Shown here piece after piece: positions 20,185-30,439 of a stretch of 64,000 bases of DNA. Under the pieces are notes generated by a model, which worked only from the letters and a program-made list of their open reading frames with translations, did not search any database and had not been told where the DNA came from. The stretch comes from an uncultured Bacteroidota bacterium. Its GTDB lineage: Bacteria; Bacteroidota; Bacteroidia; Flavobacteriales; BACL11. The stretch lies in assembly GCA_902533655.1 (NCBI GenBank), contig CACAMX010000001.1, forward strand, positions 88,171-152,170. The letters are read 5' to 3'. The first letter of the stretch is position 1. Every line of letters begins with the position of its first letter. Made by a program: the position numbers and the translations under genes.

Positions 20185-21199
20185 GAGAATCCCAACCTTG
20201 AGCTGTTAGCTCATGGGCTTGGTTATCGTTGGATATGAAAAAGTTGCCCTCAGATTTATCTGTAACATGACCAATTATAGTAAAATCAGGGTCTTTCTCT
20301 AACTTTGAATATTCTTTTTGATCAATTGTAAATAACAGTTCATAATCTTCACCTCCATTTAGAGCGCAAAAAATTGGATTTAAGTTTAATTCTGCTGCCT
20401 TATTCATTACAGTATAATCAATTGGAATTTTATCTTCATAAATTTTGACAGAAACTTTTGAGGATTTTGAAATATGTAAAAGCTCTGAAGAAAGGCCATC
20501 AGAAATATCAATCATTGAAGTTGGTATAATTCCTATTTCATTTAATATTTCAAAATACTTTTTTGGTGCCTCAGGTTTCAATTGTCTTTGTAAAATATAA
20601 TCATAACCTTCGAGCTTGGGTTGAACATCTGGATTTTCCAGAAAAATTTCTTTTTCTCTTCTCAAGATTTGTAAGCCAAGGTAAGCTGCTCCTAAATCTC
20701 CAGTAACAACAATTAAATCATTTTTTTTAGCACCACTTCTTTTAACTACTTTTTCTTTTTTTACTTGTCCCAAAGCTGTGATTGAAATAGTCAAGCCAGA
20801 TTGTGAAGTTGTAGTATCTCCACCGACTAAATCTATCTTATATTTTTCACAAGCCAGTTTTATACCTTTGTATAATTCTTGAATAGCATCGACTTTAAAT
20901 CTATTTGAAATTGCTATTCCTATAACTATTTGCTTTGGCATACCGTTCATAGCATAGATATCCGACAAATTTACAATTACACTTTTGTATCCAAGATGCA
21001 GTAGAGGTGTGTAAGAGAGATCAAAATGAATTCCCTCTACTAATAAGTCTTTAGTTACGAGTGTGTGTAGTTTAGAACTTTCTATAATAGCCGAGTCATC
21101 ACCTATTCCCAATAAACTTTCAGAATTTTTTATTTCAAAATTCTCAGTAATTTTTTCAATGAATGAAAACTCACCTAATTCAGAATTGTTTTTTGTCAT
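20171..21199 (-). CDS. thiL: thiamine-monophosphate kinase
   Basis: GIGDDSAII N-terminal motif with an AIR-synthase-like fold. A TATCTTTG box (minus strand) lies at 21208-21215. Confidence 0.9.
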   Translation of the reverse strand: MTKNNSELGEFSFIEKITENFEIKNSESLLGIGDDSAIIESSKLHTLVTKDLLVEGIHFDLSYTPLLHLGYKSVIVNLSDIYAMNGMPKQIVIGIAISNRFKVDAIQELYKGIKLACEKYKIDLVGGDTTTSQSGLTISITALGQVKKEKVVKRSGAKKNDLIVVTGDLGAAYLGLQILRREKEIFLENPDVQPKLEGYDYILQRQLKPEAPKKYFEILNEIGIIPTSMIDISDGLSSELLHISKSSKVSVKIYEDKIPIDYTVMNKAAELNLNPIFCALNGGEDYELLFTIDQKEYSKLEKDPDFTIIGHVTDKSEGNFFISNDNQAHELTAQGWDSLKSS

Positions 21200-21246
21200 T
21201 TATTTAGCAAAGATAAATATTATGTGTTTTCTGATTTGAAATTTTG

Positions 21247-21254
21247 TAATTTTG
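21247..21254 (+). promoter_or_regulatory. -7 box TAATTTTG, 4 nt upstream of the ATG that opens the suf cluster
   Basis: Exact TAnnTTTG match. Confidence 0.3.
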
Positions 21255-21258
21255 TAAA

Positions 21259-21582
21259 ATGATATTAGTTAGCGATAATGCAAGAGACAAGTTAAACCAA
21301 CTGCTGATTGAAGACAATAGCGGAAAGGAATACGTAAGAGTTGGCGTTGAAAGCGGTGGTTGCTCTGGTCTTGTTTATAAACTTGATTTTGATGATAGCA
21401 TGAACAATGAAGATGAATTAGTTGAGCATAACGATATTAAGCTCGTTATTAACAAAAAAAGTATTTTATTTCTAGCAGGCACAACATTAGAGTACTCATC
21501 CGGACTAAATGGCAAAGGATTTGTATTTAACAATCCTAATGCAAACAGGACTTGTGGCTGTGGAGAAAGTTTTTCATTATAA
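21259..21582 (+). CDS. A-type Fe-S cluster carrier (IscA/SufA/ErpA family)
   Basis: 107 aa. GGCSG and a C-terminal CGCGESF motif. Confidence 0.9.
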   Translation: MILVSDNARDKLNQLLIEDNSGKEYVRVGVESGGCSGLVYKLDFDDSMNNEDELVEHNDIKLVINKKSILFLAGTTLEYSSGLNGKGFVFNNPNANRTCGCGESFSL

Positions 21583-21590
21583 ATAGAGGC

Positions 21591-23048
21591 ATGAAAATTG
21601 AACCAAAAATATCCGAAGATATTTTACTGGACGAAGTAACCAGTAAAGAATATGAATATGGTTTTACAACAAACATTGAATCTGAGAAAATTGAAAAAGG
21701 TTTAAATGAAGATGTAATCAAATTCATTTCCAAGAAAAAAAATGAACCAGATTGGATGCTTGATTTTAGGCTTGAAGCCTTTAAGGTTTGGAAAGAAATG
21801 GAGGAACCTGATTGGGCCAATATAAATTATCCAAAGCCAGATTATCAGGACATAGTTTACTACTGCGCACCAAAACAAAAGAACAAATTAAATAGTCTTG
21901 ACGATTTGGATCCGGAGATGAAAAGAACATTTGATAGACTTGGAATTTCTATTGACGAACAAAAAAGACTAGCTAATGTAGCTGTGGATATCGTTATGGA
22001 TTCTGTTTCAGTTGCAACATCATTCAAAGAAAAATTAGCTGAACTCGGAATTATATTTTGCCCAATTTCAGAAGCTATTCAAAAATACCCTGAGCTTGTC
22101 AAAAAATATATTGGTACAGTTATTCCTGTAAGAGATAATTTTTTCTCCGCATTAAATTCTGCAGTTTTTTCAGATGGATCTTTTTGTTACATTCCTAAAG
22201 GAACAGTGTGCCCTCTGGAATTATCTACTTACTTCAGAATAAACGAAGCGGGTACTGGGCAGTTTGAGAGAACGTTAGTTATTGCCGAAGAAGATAGTTG
22301 TGTTAGTTATCTTGAAGGTTGCACTGCTCCAATGCGAAATGAAAACCAGTTGCACGCTGCTGTTGTTGAGTTAGTTGCACTGGATAGTGCTGAGATTAAA
22401 TATTCTACGGTTCAAAATTGGTACCCTGGTGATAAGAATGGTAAGGGTGGCGTATTTAATTTTGTAACTAAAAGAGGGATTTGTCATGATAATGCTAAAA
22501 TTTCTTGGACACAAATTGAAACAGGTTCAGCAGTCACATGGAAGTACCCCTCTTGTGTATTAAAAGGAAAAAATTCCATTGGTGAATTTTTCTCTGTCGC
22601 TGTTACAAACAACTTTCAACAAGCCGATACAGGAACTAAAATGGTTCATTTGGGTGAGAATTCAAAAAGTACAATTATCGCTAAAGGAATATGCGCAGGT
22701 AAAAGTAACGGAAGCTATCGAGGTCTTGTAAAAATTGCAAAAGGCGCTAAAAATTCAAGAAATTTTTCACAGTGCGACTCATTGTTGATGGGAGACAAGT
22801 GTGGTTCTCACACATTCCCCTACATCGAAGTTGATAATAAATCTTCGCAAGTAGAACATGAGGCAACAACATCTAAAATTGGAGAGGATCAAATATTTTA
22901 TTGTAATCAAAGAGGTATAGGAACTGAGGAAGCTGTTGCACTTATTGTTAATGGATATTGTAAAGAAGTTTTAAACAAATTACCAATGGAATTTGCTGTT
23001 GAGGCAAAGAAATTATTAGAAATTAGTCTAGAAGGCTCTGTTGGATAA
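21591..23048 (+). CDS. sufB: Fe-S cluster assembly scaffold SufB
   Basis: I prefer the ATG at 21591 (MKIEPK...), which removes the overlap with the preceding gene. The SufB core includes YSTVQNWY and FPYIEV. Confidence 0.95.
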   Translation: MKIEPKISEDILLDEVTSKEYEYGFTTNIESEKIEKGLNEDVIKFISKKKNEPDWMLDFRLEAFKVWKEMEEPDWANINYPKPDYQDIVYYCAPKQKNKLNSLDDLDPEMKRTFDRLGISIDEQKRLANVAVDIVMDSVSVATSFKEKLAELGIIFCPISEAIQKYPELVKKYIGTVIPVRDNFFSALNSAVFSDGSFCYIPKGTVCPLELSTYFRINEAGTGQFERTLVIAEEDSCVSYLEGCTAPMRNENQLHAAVVELVALDSAEIKYSTVQNWYPGDKNGKGGVFNFVTKRGICHDNAKISWTQIETGSAVTWKYPSCVLKGKNSIGEFFSVAVTNNFQQADTGTKMVHLGENSKSTIIAKGICAGKSNGSYRGLVKIAKGAKNSRNFSQCDSLLMGDKCGSHTFPYIEVDNKSSQVEHEATTSKIGEDQIFYCNQRGIGTEEAVALIVNGYCKEVLNKLPMEFAVEAKKLLEISLEGSVG

Positions 23049-23060
23049 AAAAAGACAAAT

Positions 23061-23798
23061 ATGTTAGAGATTAAAAATTTAAAAGCACAGATTGAGGACA
23101 AGACAATTCTCAGTGGAGTAAATTTAAAAGTAAATAAAGGCGAGGTTCATGCCATCATGGGACCAAATGGTTCTGGTAAAAGCACATTATCCTCAGTTAT
23201 CGCGGGTAATGAAGATTATGAGGTGAGCTCTGGAAGCATTAAATATGAAGGTGAAGACTTATTAGAAATGGCTCCAGAAGAAAGATCACACAGAGGGGTA
23301 TTCCTATCATTTCAATACCCAGTTGAGATTCCTGGCTTAAGCGTTTCAAATTTTATAAAAACAGCTATTAATGAAAAAAGAAAAGCTTTCGGACAAGAAA
23401 ATATTAGCGCCAAGGAACTATTACAATTGTTCAAAGAAAAATGTGAGTTGTTAAACATTGACAAGGAATATTTGTCCAGGTCTCTCAATGAAGGTTTTTC
23501 TGGCGGGGAAAAGAAGAGAAATGAAATTTTTCAAATGGCAATGATGGAGCCAAAGCTGTCTATTTTAGATGAAACTGATTCAGGTTTGGATATAGACGCT
23601 CTTAAAATAGTCGCAAATGGGGTTAATTCATTAAAATCAAGCTCCAACTCCATAATTTTAATTACTCATTATCAAAGACTTCTTAATTATATTGTACCAG
23701 ACTTCGTACACATACTCAAAGACGGTAAAATTGTAATGTCTGGTGATAAATCGTTAGCTCTGAAATTAGAAAAGGAAGGATATAGTTTTTTAAATTAA
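23061..23798 (+). CDS. sufC: Fe-S cluster assembly ATPase SufC
   Basis: GPNGSGKST Walker A, FSGGEKKR signature, and LSILDETDSGLD. Confidence 0.95.
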   Translation: MLEIKNLKAQIEDKTILSGVNLKVNKGEVHAIMGPNGSGKSTLSSVIAGNEDYEVSSGSIKYEGEDLLEMAPEERSHRGVFLSFQYPVEIPGLSVSNFIKTAINEKRKAFGQENISAKELLQLFKEKCELLNIDKEYLSRSLNEGFSGGEKKRNEIFQMAMMEPKLSILDETDSGLDIDALKIVANGVNSLKSSSNSIILITHYQRLLNYIVPDFVHILKDGKIVMSGDKSLALKLEKEGYSFLN

Positions 23799-23804
23799 TT
23801 AATA

Positions 23805-25019
23805 ATGTTGATTGAAGAAATAAAAAAATATGTTGTTGATGCTGACTTGACCAGTACACAAAAAAAGAGCCTTGATTACTTCCTTGAAAATGGATTTCCA
23901 ACAACAAAAGACGAAGATTGGAAATATACATCTTTAAAAAAAGTTTTAAAGAGAAAATATTGCCTAAAATCCTCTGATTTTGAACTAAATGATGAGATGA
24001 TTCAACAATATTCTCTAGGAGTTAAGGACAAAATAATATTTAAAAACGGTAAGATTTATTCAGAGCCGAAAATCTTAGGTGTAAGTATTAAAAAAATGAA
24101 AGACCTAGTGATGCCAAAAAATAGTGCTTTGTGCTATTTGAACGAAGCAATCTGTGAAAATAGTTATGAAATTGTATTTGACAAAAATTTAAATCTAGAT
24201 AATCCTATCGAAATTTTACATTTTATCAATAATTATAATGATTACTTTTTGCAGCTTAGAACAAAGATTACTTGTGGTTCTGGTTCAAATGTAAAATTAG
24301 TTGAGAGATTTTGCAACATAGGAAACAACACATTAATCAACAGTTGTATGCACGCAGATGTTAAAAGAAATAGCTTTTTTGAAATTAGTAAATTACAAAG
24401 TTATAATGACAACACGCATACCATTGACAACACTTTAGTGGACCAAGACAGAGACTCCACTGCTAATGTTCATACATTTAGTTTTGATGGGTCTTTTATT
24501 AGAAATAATCTAAACTTTTACCAAAACAATGAAAATTGTACAAGTAATATGAACGGAATAACTATCATTGACAAATCTAATTTTGTTGATCACCACACTT
24601 TCGTTGATCACAAATTTCAAAACTGCTTAAGTAATGAGTCATATAAAGGTGTATATTTTGACAGTACTAAGGGGGTTTTTAACGGAAAAATCATGGTAAG
24701 ACCAGATGCTCAAAAAATTAATGCTTTCCAGTCAAACAACAATTTATTATTTAGTGACAACGCCAGTATTAAAACGAAACCGCAGCTGGAAATCTATGCT
24801 GATGATGTGAAGTGTAGTCATGGCTGTACAATTGGACAAATTGACAAAAAGTCCCTTTTTTACATGAGATCACGTGGTTTCTCAGAAAAAACTGCAAAGG
24901 GACTTTTAACTTTCGCATTTTTAATTGAAGTTATTGAAAAGCTTAATGCCAAAGAAATTGTTGATTACGCAAAGACTGAAATAGCAAAAAAACTTTCAAT
25001 TGAAAAGGATTTATTGTGA
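23805..25019 (+). CDS. sufD: Fe-S cluster assembly protein SufD
   Basis: 404 aa. Supported by position between sufC and sufS and by C-terminal PQLEIYADDVKCSHG. Confidence 0.88.
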   Translation: MLIEEIKKYVVDADLTSTQKKSLDYFLENGFPTTKDEDWKYTSLKKVLKRKYCLKSSDFELNDEMIQQYSLGVKDKIIFKNGKIYSEPKILGVSIKKMKDLVMPKNSALCYLNEAICENSYEIVFDKNLNLDNPIEILHFINNYNDYFLQLRTKITCGSGSNVKLVERFCNIGNNTLINSCMHADVKRNSFFEISKLQSYNDNTHTIDNTLVDQDRDSTANVHTFSFDGSFIRNNLNFYQNNENCTSNMNGITIIDKSNFVDHHTFVDHKFQNCLSNESYKGVYFDSTKGVFNGKIMVRPDAQKINAFQSNNNLLFSDNASIKTKPQLEIYADDVKCSHGCTIGQIDKKSLFYMRSRGFSEKTAKGLLTFAFLIEVIEKLNAKEIVDYAKTEIAKKLSIEKDLL

Positions 25020-26230
25020 TTGATTTTGAAAAAATTATAAGTAGTTTTCCAATACTTGATGTAAAAGTTAACGATAATAAACTTGTGTATTTTGACAATG
25101 CTGCAACCACACAAACACCTACTCAAGTTACAAACAGTATAAGAGATTATTTTAATAAACAGAACTCAAATATACACAGAGGGGTACATTATCTCAGCAA
25201 TATATCAACAGAAGATTTTGAACAGAGCAGAAAAAAAGTAAAAGAGTTTATTGGGGCTGAGAAAGATGAAGAGATTGTATTTACTAAAGGAACAACTGAT
25301 TCTATTAACTTAGTAGCAACATCTTACCAAAAATTTCTTAACCCTGGGGATGAAATTTTAATCTCTGAAATGGAACATCATTCTAATATTGTTCCTTGGC
25401 AACTATGCGCTGAAAAAACTGGTGCAAAACTAAAGGTTGTGTCAGTCACTAAAGAAGGAGAAATAGATATGGACCATTTAGAAAAGCTTTTAAATGAAAA
25501 AACAAAAATTTTATCAATCACTCACATATCTAATACCTTAGGAACTATAAATCCAATTAGTGAAATAACTAAATTAGCTCGCAAATTTGATGCTAAAGTG
25601 TTCATTGATGGAGCACAAGCAATTGCTCATCAAAAAGTAAATGTGACAGAGTTAGATGTAGACTTTTACTGCTTCTCAGCTCATAAATTATATGGGCCGA
25701 CAGGAGTAGGTGTTTTATATGGTAAAGAAGAGATTTTAGAAAAGTTGCCTCCATATCAAGGAGGTGGTGAAATGATTGAATTGGTAACTTTTGAAAAAAC
25801 AACATATGCAAAGTTGCCGTCGAAATTTGAGGCTGGAACTCCAAATATTTCTGGAGTGATTGCTTTGGGCAGGGCTATTGAATTTATCGAAGAGATTAAT
25901 TTAGATTTAATATTTGAATATGAGGCTATGTTGTTAAACCATTACAACGAAAAATCAACTATACTTGAGTATTATGAGCCTTTTGGAACAAGTTTAAATA
26001 AATCGGCAATCGCTTCATTCAATTTAAAAAAAGCACATCACTATGACATTGGTGTACTTTTAGACAATATGGGTATTGCGGTCAGAACCGGTCATCACTG
26101 CACTCAACCTCTACACAAAAAATTTAATTTATCTGGAACCATTAGAGCATCTTTTGGGATTTATAATACCAAAAGTGAAATCGATTATTTCTTTGATTGC
26201 CTAAGCAGGGCTTACAAAATGTTGTATTGA
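25016..26230 (+). CDS. sufS: cysteine desulfurase SufS
   Basis: FSAHKLYGPTG PLP-Lys motif and RTGHHCTQP active-site Cys loop. Confidence 0.93.
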   Translation: MIDFEKIISSFPILDVKVNDNKLVYFDNAATTQTPTQVTNSIRDYFNKQNSNIHRGVHYLSNISTEDFEQSRKKVKEFIGAEKDEEIVFTKGTTDSINLVATSYQKFLNPGDEILISEMEHHSNIVPWQLCAEKTGAKLKVVSVTKEGEIDMDHLEKLLNEKTKILSITHISNTLGTINPISEITKLARKFDAKVFIDGAQAIAHQKVNVTELDVDFYCFSAHKLYGPTGVGVLYGKEEILEKLPPYQGGGEMIELVTFEKTTYAKLPSKFEAGTPNISGVIALGRAIEFIEEINLDLIFEYEAMLLNHYNEKSTILEYYEPFGTSLNKSAIASFNLKKAHHYDIGVLLDNMGIAVRTGHHCTQPLHKKFNLSGTIRASFGIYNTKSEIDYFFDCLSRAYKMLY

Positions 26231-26655
26231 TGACAAGCGTTGAAAAAACACAAAATGAAATTGTTGAGGAATTAAGTTTATTCACGGACTGGATTGAAAA
26301 GTATGAGTACTTAATAGAGCTTGGAAAAGATGAAATTGATTTTGATAAAAGGTTCATGAAAGATGAATTTCTAATAAATGGTTGTCAGAGTAAAGTATGG
26401 CTATATGCGAAACAAAACAATAGTAAAGTTACTTTTCATGCATACAGTGATGCTATAATGACAAAGGGTATAATTGCTCTTCTAATAAAAGTTTTTTCGA
26501 ATCAATCACCAGATGATATCATTAACTCAAAGCTTGATTTTATAGACAAAATTGGTTTAAAAAGCCACTTATCAGCAACAAGAGCAAATGGATTAATGTC
26601 CATGATAAAGCAAATAAAAATTTACGCGATCGGATTTAAAGAAAAAAATGGATAA
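26230..26655 (+). CDS. sufE: sulfur acceptor SufE
   Basis: I prefer the ATG at 26230, which gives a TGATG overlap with the sufS stop. It has the INGCQSKVW active-site Cys motif. Confidence 0.88.
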   Translation: MTSVEKTQNEIVEELSLFTDWIEKYEYLIELGKDEIDFDKRFMKDEFLINGCQSKVWLYAKQNNSKVTFHAYSDAIMTKGIIALLIKVFSNQSPDDIINSKLDFIDKIGLKSHLSATRANGLMSMIKQIKIYAIGFKEKNG

Positions 26656-26968
26656 AGACAAAATTTCAATACTTGGAGACATAATTATAAAAAATTTATG
26701 TGAAATTTTTGATCCTGAAATTCCAGTAAATATTTATGACCTTGGATTAATATATGATGTAAAGGTTAACGAGGACTGTGATGTAGAAATTGACATGACA
26801 TTAACATCTCCAAACTGCCCAGTTGCAGAGTCACTTCCTTTAGACATTGAGAAAAAAATTAAGAGCATAGATGAAATAAAGTCTTGTAAAGTTAATGTTG
26901 TATTTGAACCAGCTTGGAACAAGGGTATGATGAGTGATGAGGCTAAATTAGAACTTGGAATGCTTTGA
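26648..26968 (+). CDS. DUF59/SufT-like Fe-S assembly protein
   Basis: 106 aa. DPEIPVNIYDLGLIY and TLTSPNCP motifs. Confidence 0.85.
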   Translation: MDKDKISILGDIIIKNLCEIFDPEIPVNIYDLGLIYDVKVNEDCDVEIDMTLTSPNCPVAESLPLDIEKKIKSIDEIKSCKVNVVFEPAWNKGMMSDEAKLELGML

Positions 26969-26969
26969 A

Positions 26970-27476
26970 ATGTCTAAAGAAATAATAAATCGTGTTGAAA
27001 AAAGTGGTATAATTAACATTGACCTATCTAACTTTATCACAAAAGAAGTTGTTGAGCTTGATATTTGTTGTTTTTTAACAGAAACCAATATTGTTATCGA
27101 AAAAGAATTTAGAAAGAGTTTGTCAAATTATGATTGGAAAAAATTATCTAACAAAAATGTAGCTGTTTTTTGCTCTGCTGATACTATTTTACCAAAATGG
27201 GCCTATATGCTCATCGTTTCATATTTAAACGAAGTAGATGCAAACGCTTATTTTGGTGAAAAAAAAATCGTTACTAATCAAATAGCGATCGATAAAATAA
27301 AAACTCTTGACATAAATAATTATAATCAAAAAATTGTTTTAGTTAAAGGTTGCAGTGATATAGATATTAGTTCAGATTTATATGTTGAAATAACTAAATT
27401 ATTATTACCAGTTGTTAAAAAATTAATGTTCGGTGAAGCATGCTCATCTGTTCCAATTTATATGAAAAAAAAATAG
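26970..27476 (+). CDS. uncharacterised protein (DUF2480-like)
   Basis: ATG at 26970, 1 nt after the preceding stop. The N-terminus EIINRVEKSGIINIDL resembles, from memory, the flavobacterial DUF2480 family. Confidence 0.55.
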   Translation: MSKEIINRVEKSGIINIDLSNFITKEVVELDICCFLTETNIVIEKEFRKSLSNYDWKKLSNKNVAVFCSADTILPKWAYMLIVSYLNEVDANAYFGEKKIVTNQIAIDKIKTLDINNYNQKIVLVKGCSDIDISSDLYVEITKLLLPVVKKLMFGEACSSVPIYMKKK

Positions 27477-27513
27477 TGCATATTAAAAACATGACGTAAT
27501 TTTGTAAGAAAAA

Positions 27514-28254
27514 ATGAATCCGAAAATCTCAGAACTAAACAAAAAACTACAACCTTACAGAAATGAAATAATAAAACATAAGCTATATTCTAAGCTAAAA
27601 ACTAAGTCCGACATCAAAAAACTTATGGAGTCACACGTGTTTGCAGTTTGGGACTTCATGTCTCTTCTTAAGGCTTTACAAATAAACCTAACATGTTTTG
27701 AAATTCCCTGGAGACCTATTGGTGATCCAAAAATTAGAAGGCTAGTTAACTCGATTGTTTTAGAGGAGGAAAGCGATGTTGACTCTGAGGGGAATCCTGC
27801 ATCTCATTTTGAATTGTATCTTGACGCTATGAAAGAATGTGAGGCTGAAACAATTACAATTGAAACATTTATGAAAAATTTAAATAAAGATTCAAGACCA
27901 AAAATCAATGAAGATATTGATAGCTTTTTGAACACTACATTTTCTATAATCGATGGTGGAAAATCTCATGAAATTGCATCAGCATTTACATTCGGAAGAG
28001 AAGATTTAATTCCCGATATGTTTTTAGCTATAGTTAACGACATGAACAAAGAAAAGTCTTTTGATAAATTTGTTTATTACTTAGAGAGGCACATTGAATT
28101 AGATGGGGGTGACCACGGTCCTTTAGCGCTCGAACTTATTTGTAATCTTTGTGGAGATGATGAAAAAAAGTGGGATGAAGTTCAAGAGGTTGCTATTAAG
28201 TGTCTTAAGGCTAGAAAATTACTTTGGGATAAAATTAATAATGATATTAATTAA
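27514..28254 (+). CDS. uncharacterised all-helical protein (DUF3050-like, probably heme-oxygenase-like fold)
   Basis: 246 aa. ESHVFAVWDFMSLLK, SHFELYLDAM and YYLERHIELDGGDHG are His/Glu-rich helices. A TAATTTTG box lies at 27497-27504. Confidence 0.6.
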   Translation: MNPKISELNKKLQPYRNEIIKHKLYSKLKTKSDIKKLMESHVFAVWDFMSLLKALQINLTCFEIPWRPIGDPKIRRLVNSIVLEEESDVDSEGNPASHFELYLDAMKECEAETITIETFMKNLNKDSRPKINEDIDSFLNTTFSIIDGGKSHEIASAFTFGREDLIPDMFLAIVNDMNKEKSFDKFVYYLERHIELDGGDHGPLALELICNLCGDDEKKWDEVQEVAIKCLKARKLLWDKINNDIN

Positions 28255-28275
28255 ACAGATTATGTTTTTTATTAA

Positions 28276-30435
28276 ATGAGAATTCTTTTTTTAATTTTTA
28301 TTTTTTCTGTATCAGTCTCATCTCGTGCTGATGAGGGAATGTGGTTGCCTAATTTGATCAGTACCATGAATATTGATGATATGCATTCCAAAGGGTTGTC
28401 TTTGAGTGCAGAGGATATATATAACGTAAACAAATCTTCACTAAAAGATGCAGTTGTTGCCCTGTCTTGGGGTAGCTGCACTGGAGAAATTATTTCAAAA
28501 GAAGGTTTACTTCTAACAAACCATCACTGCGCAGATGATTTAATTCAATTTCACAGTTCTACTGAAAAAGATTACCTAAAAAATGGGTTTTGGGCAATGA
28601 ATCGTTCTGAAGAACTTACTAATGAAAATTTAACCGCATCGATTTTAGTTAGAATTGAAAATGTTACTGAAAGAGTGTTTTCAAAAATTAATGATTCAGT
28701 TACTGAGGACGATAGAAGAGAAAAAATACGAGCTGTTGCTAATGAAATTTCAAATGAAATTTCAGATACATCCCACTACACTTCAAGGCTAAGGTCATTT
28801 TATGGAGGAAATGAATTTTATCTTTTTATTTATGAAACATTTTTAGATGTTAGATTAGTTGGAGCGCCCCCATCTTCGATTGGTAAATTTGGTGGAGATA
28901 CTGACAATTGGATGTGGCCAAGGCACACTGGAGATTTTACTCTACTTCGAATTTATGCTGACACAAATAACAAACCTGCTAAATACTCTAAAGAAAATGT
29001 TCCATATAAGCCTAAATACCATTTTAAAATTCAACTTGATGGAGTAGAAAATAATGATTTCACTATGGTATACGGCTTTCCGGGAACAACAGATAGGTAC
29101 TTAACTTCTTTTGGTGTTAATCAAGCATTGAAACTTAAAAACAAAACAATAATTGATATTCGCTCAAAGAAGCTAGAGATAATGAAGGAAGGAATGGACA
29201 AGAGTAGAGAAACATATTTAAAATATGCAACGAAATATAGTAGTGTATCAAATTATTGGAAATACTACATTGGACAAAATAGAGGGCTTAGGAAATTAAA
29301 AGTTTTAGAAAAGAAAAAAAATCAAGAAAAAAGTTTAAAAAAATGGATACATTCTGGCGGTGACATAAAAGTTGAGAAATATAAAAATGTATTGCCCTCA
29401 ATAGAAAATGCATACAAAAAAAATGAAGCTATTCTTGTTTCAAGAACTTATCTTAACGAAGCTATTTACAGAGGTCCTGAAATTTTATATTTTTCATACA
29501 GCATGCAAAGAGAAATTAAAAAGGCTATTGAAAGTCGAAACACGGACATGCTTGAAGAACTAGAAAAAAGAGCTGTTAATTTTTACAAAAATTATGATGA
29601 ATCAATAGATGAAAAAATGTTATCAGCAATGTTAGAAATGTATTACTATAATGTTCCTGAACACCAACACCCTTCAATATTTAAAAAAATTAAAAACCAA
29701 CCATTTAGCAGAGGTTTGGATTTTGATTACTTTGCCTCACAGGTTTTTAAAAAATCTATTTACTCAAATCAAAACAAGTTTAGTAAATTTATTAAAACTC
29801 CTAGCTTATATAAGCTAGGTAGTGACCCAGCATATCAAATTATAGAATCCATCTACTCATTTTACACTAATAATATTAGTCAAACAAGAAAAGAGGTTAG
29901 AGATGAGCTTTCGATAAATAATAGACTTTTTATTTCAGCTTTAAAAGAAATGAATGGTTCAAACAAGTTTTACCCAAATGCAAATTCAACGTTGAGGTTA
30001 AGTTATGGAAATGTTAAGGATTATATCCCCTCTGATGCTATTCATTATGATTATTATACTACTATCGCGGGAATTATTGAAAAAGAAGATAGCACTAATG
30101 AAGAGTTTATAGTCCCTGAGAAATTAATTGACTTATACAATGATAGAAACTTTGGAAGATATGCTGATTCAGATGGAAATCTTAGAGTAAACTTTATTGA
30201 TAATAACGACATAACGGGTGGTAATTCTGGAAGCCCAGTTTTGAATGCTCATGGTGAATTGGTAGGGACTGCTTTTGATGGAAATTGGGAAGCAATGAGT
30301 GGTGATATTGTATATGAACAGGGTTTACAAAGATGTATTTCTGTTGATATACGCTACATACTTTTTATAATAGACAAATATGCTGAAGCTGGTTATCTGA
30401 TTGATGAGATGACAATTGCTGAAAGTAGAAAATAA
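28276..30435 (+). CDS. S46-family dipeptidyl-peptidase (DPP7/DPP11-like), secreted
   Basis: A signal peptide followed by ADEGMWLP, with LLTNHHC (His) and GGNSGSPV (Ser). Confidence 0.9.
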   Translation: MRILFLIFIFSVSVSSRADEGMWLPNLISTMNIDDMHSKGLSLSAEDIYNVNKSSLKDAVVALSWGSCTGEIISKEGLLLTNHHCADDLIQFHSSTEKDYLKNGFWAMNRSEELTNENLTASILVRIENVTERVFSKINDSVTEDDRREKIRAVANEISNEISDTSHYTSRLRSFYGGNEFYLFIYETFLDVRLVGAPPSSIGKFGGDTDNWMWPRHTGDFTLLRIYADTNNKPAKYSKENVPYKPKYHFKIQLDGVENNDFTMVYGFPGTTDRYLTSFGVNQALKLKNKTIIDIRSKKLEIMKEGMDKSRETYLKYATKYSSVSNYWKYYIGQNRGLRKLKVLEKKKNQEKSLKKWIHSGGDIKVEKYKNVLPSIENAYKKNEAILVSRTYLNEAIYRGPEILYFSYSMQREIKKAIESRNTDMLEELEKRAVNFYKNYDESIDEKMLSAMLEMYYYNVPEHQHPSIFKKIKNQPFSRGLDFDYFASQVFKKSIYSNQNKFSKFIKTPSLYKLGSDPAYQIIESIYSFYTNNISQTRKEVRDELSINNRLFISALKEMNGSNKFYPNANSTLRLSYGNVKDYIPSDAIHYDYYTTIAGIIEKEDSTNEEFIVPEKLIDLYNDRNFGRYADSDGNLRVNFIDNNDITGGNSGSPVLNAHGELVGTAFDGNWEAMSGDIVYEQGLQRCISVDIRYILFIIDKYAEAGYLIDEMTIAESRK

Positions 30436-30439
30436 TAGC

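Noticed and set aside
21552-21590. 5'-extended ORF-track starts for sufB (21552). The same applies to 13532, 26197, 26955, 46522, 54184, 57407, 63212 and 34700.
   Set aside because: The internal ATG or TTG starts give canonical N-termini or lipoprotein signals and remove long overlaps with the upstream genes. The extensions encode non-conserved, odd-composition peptides.
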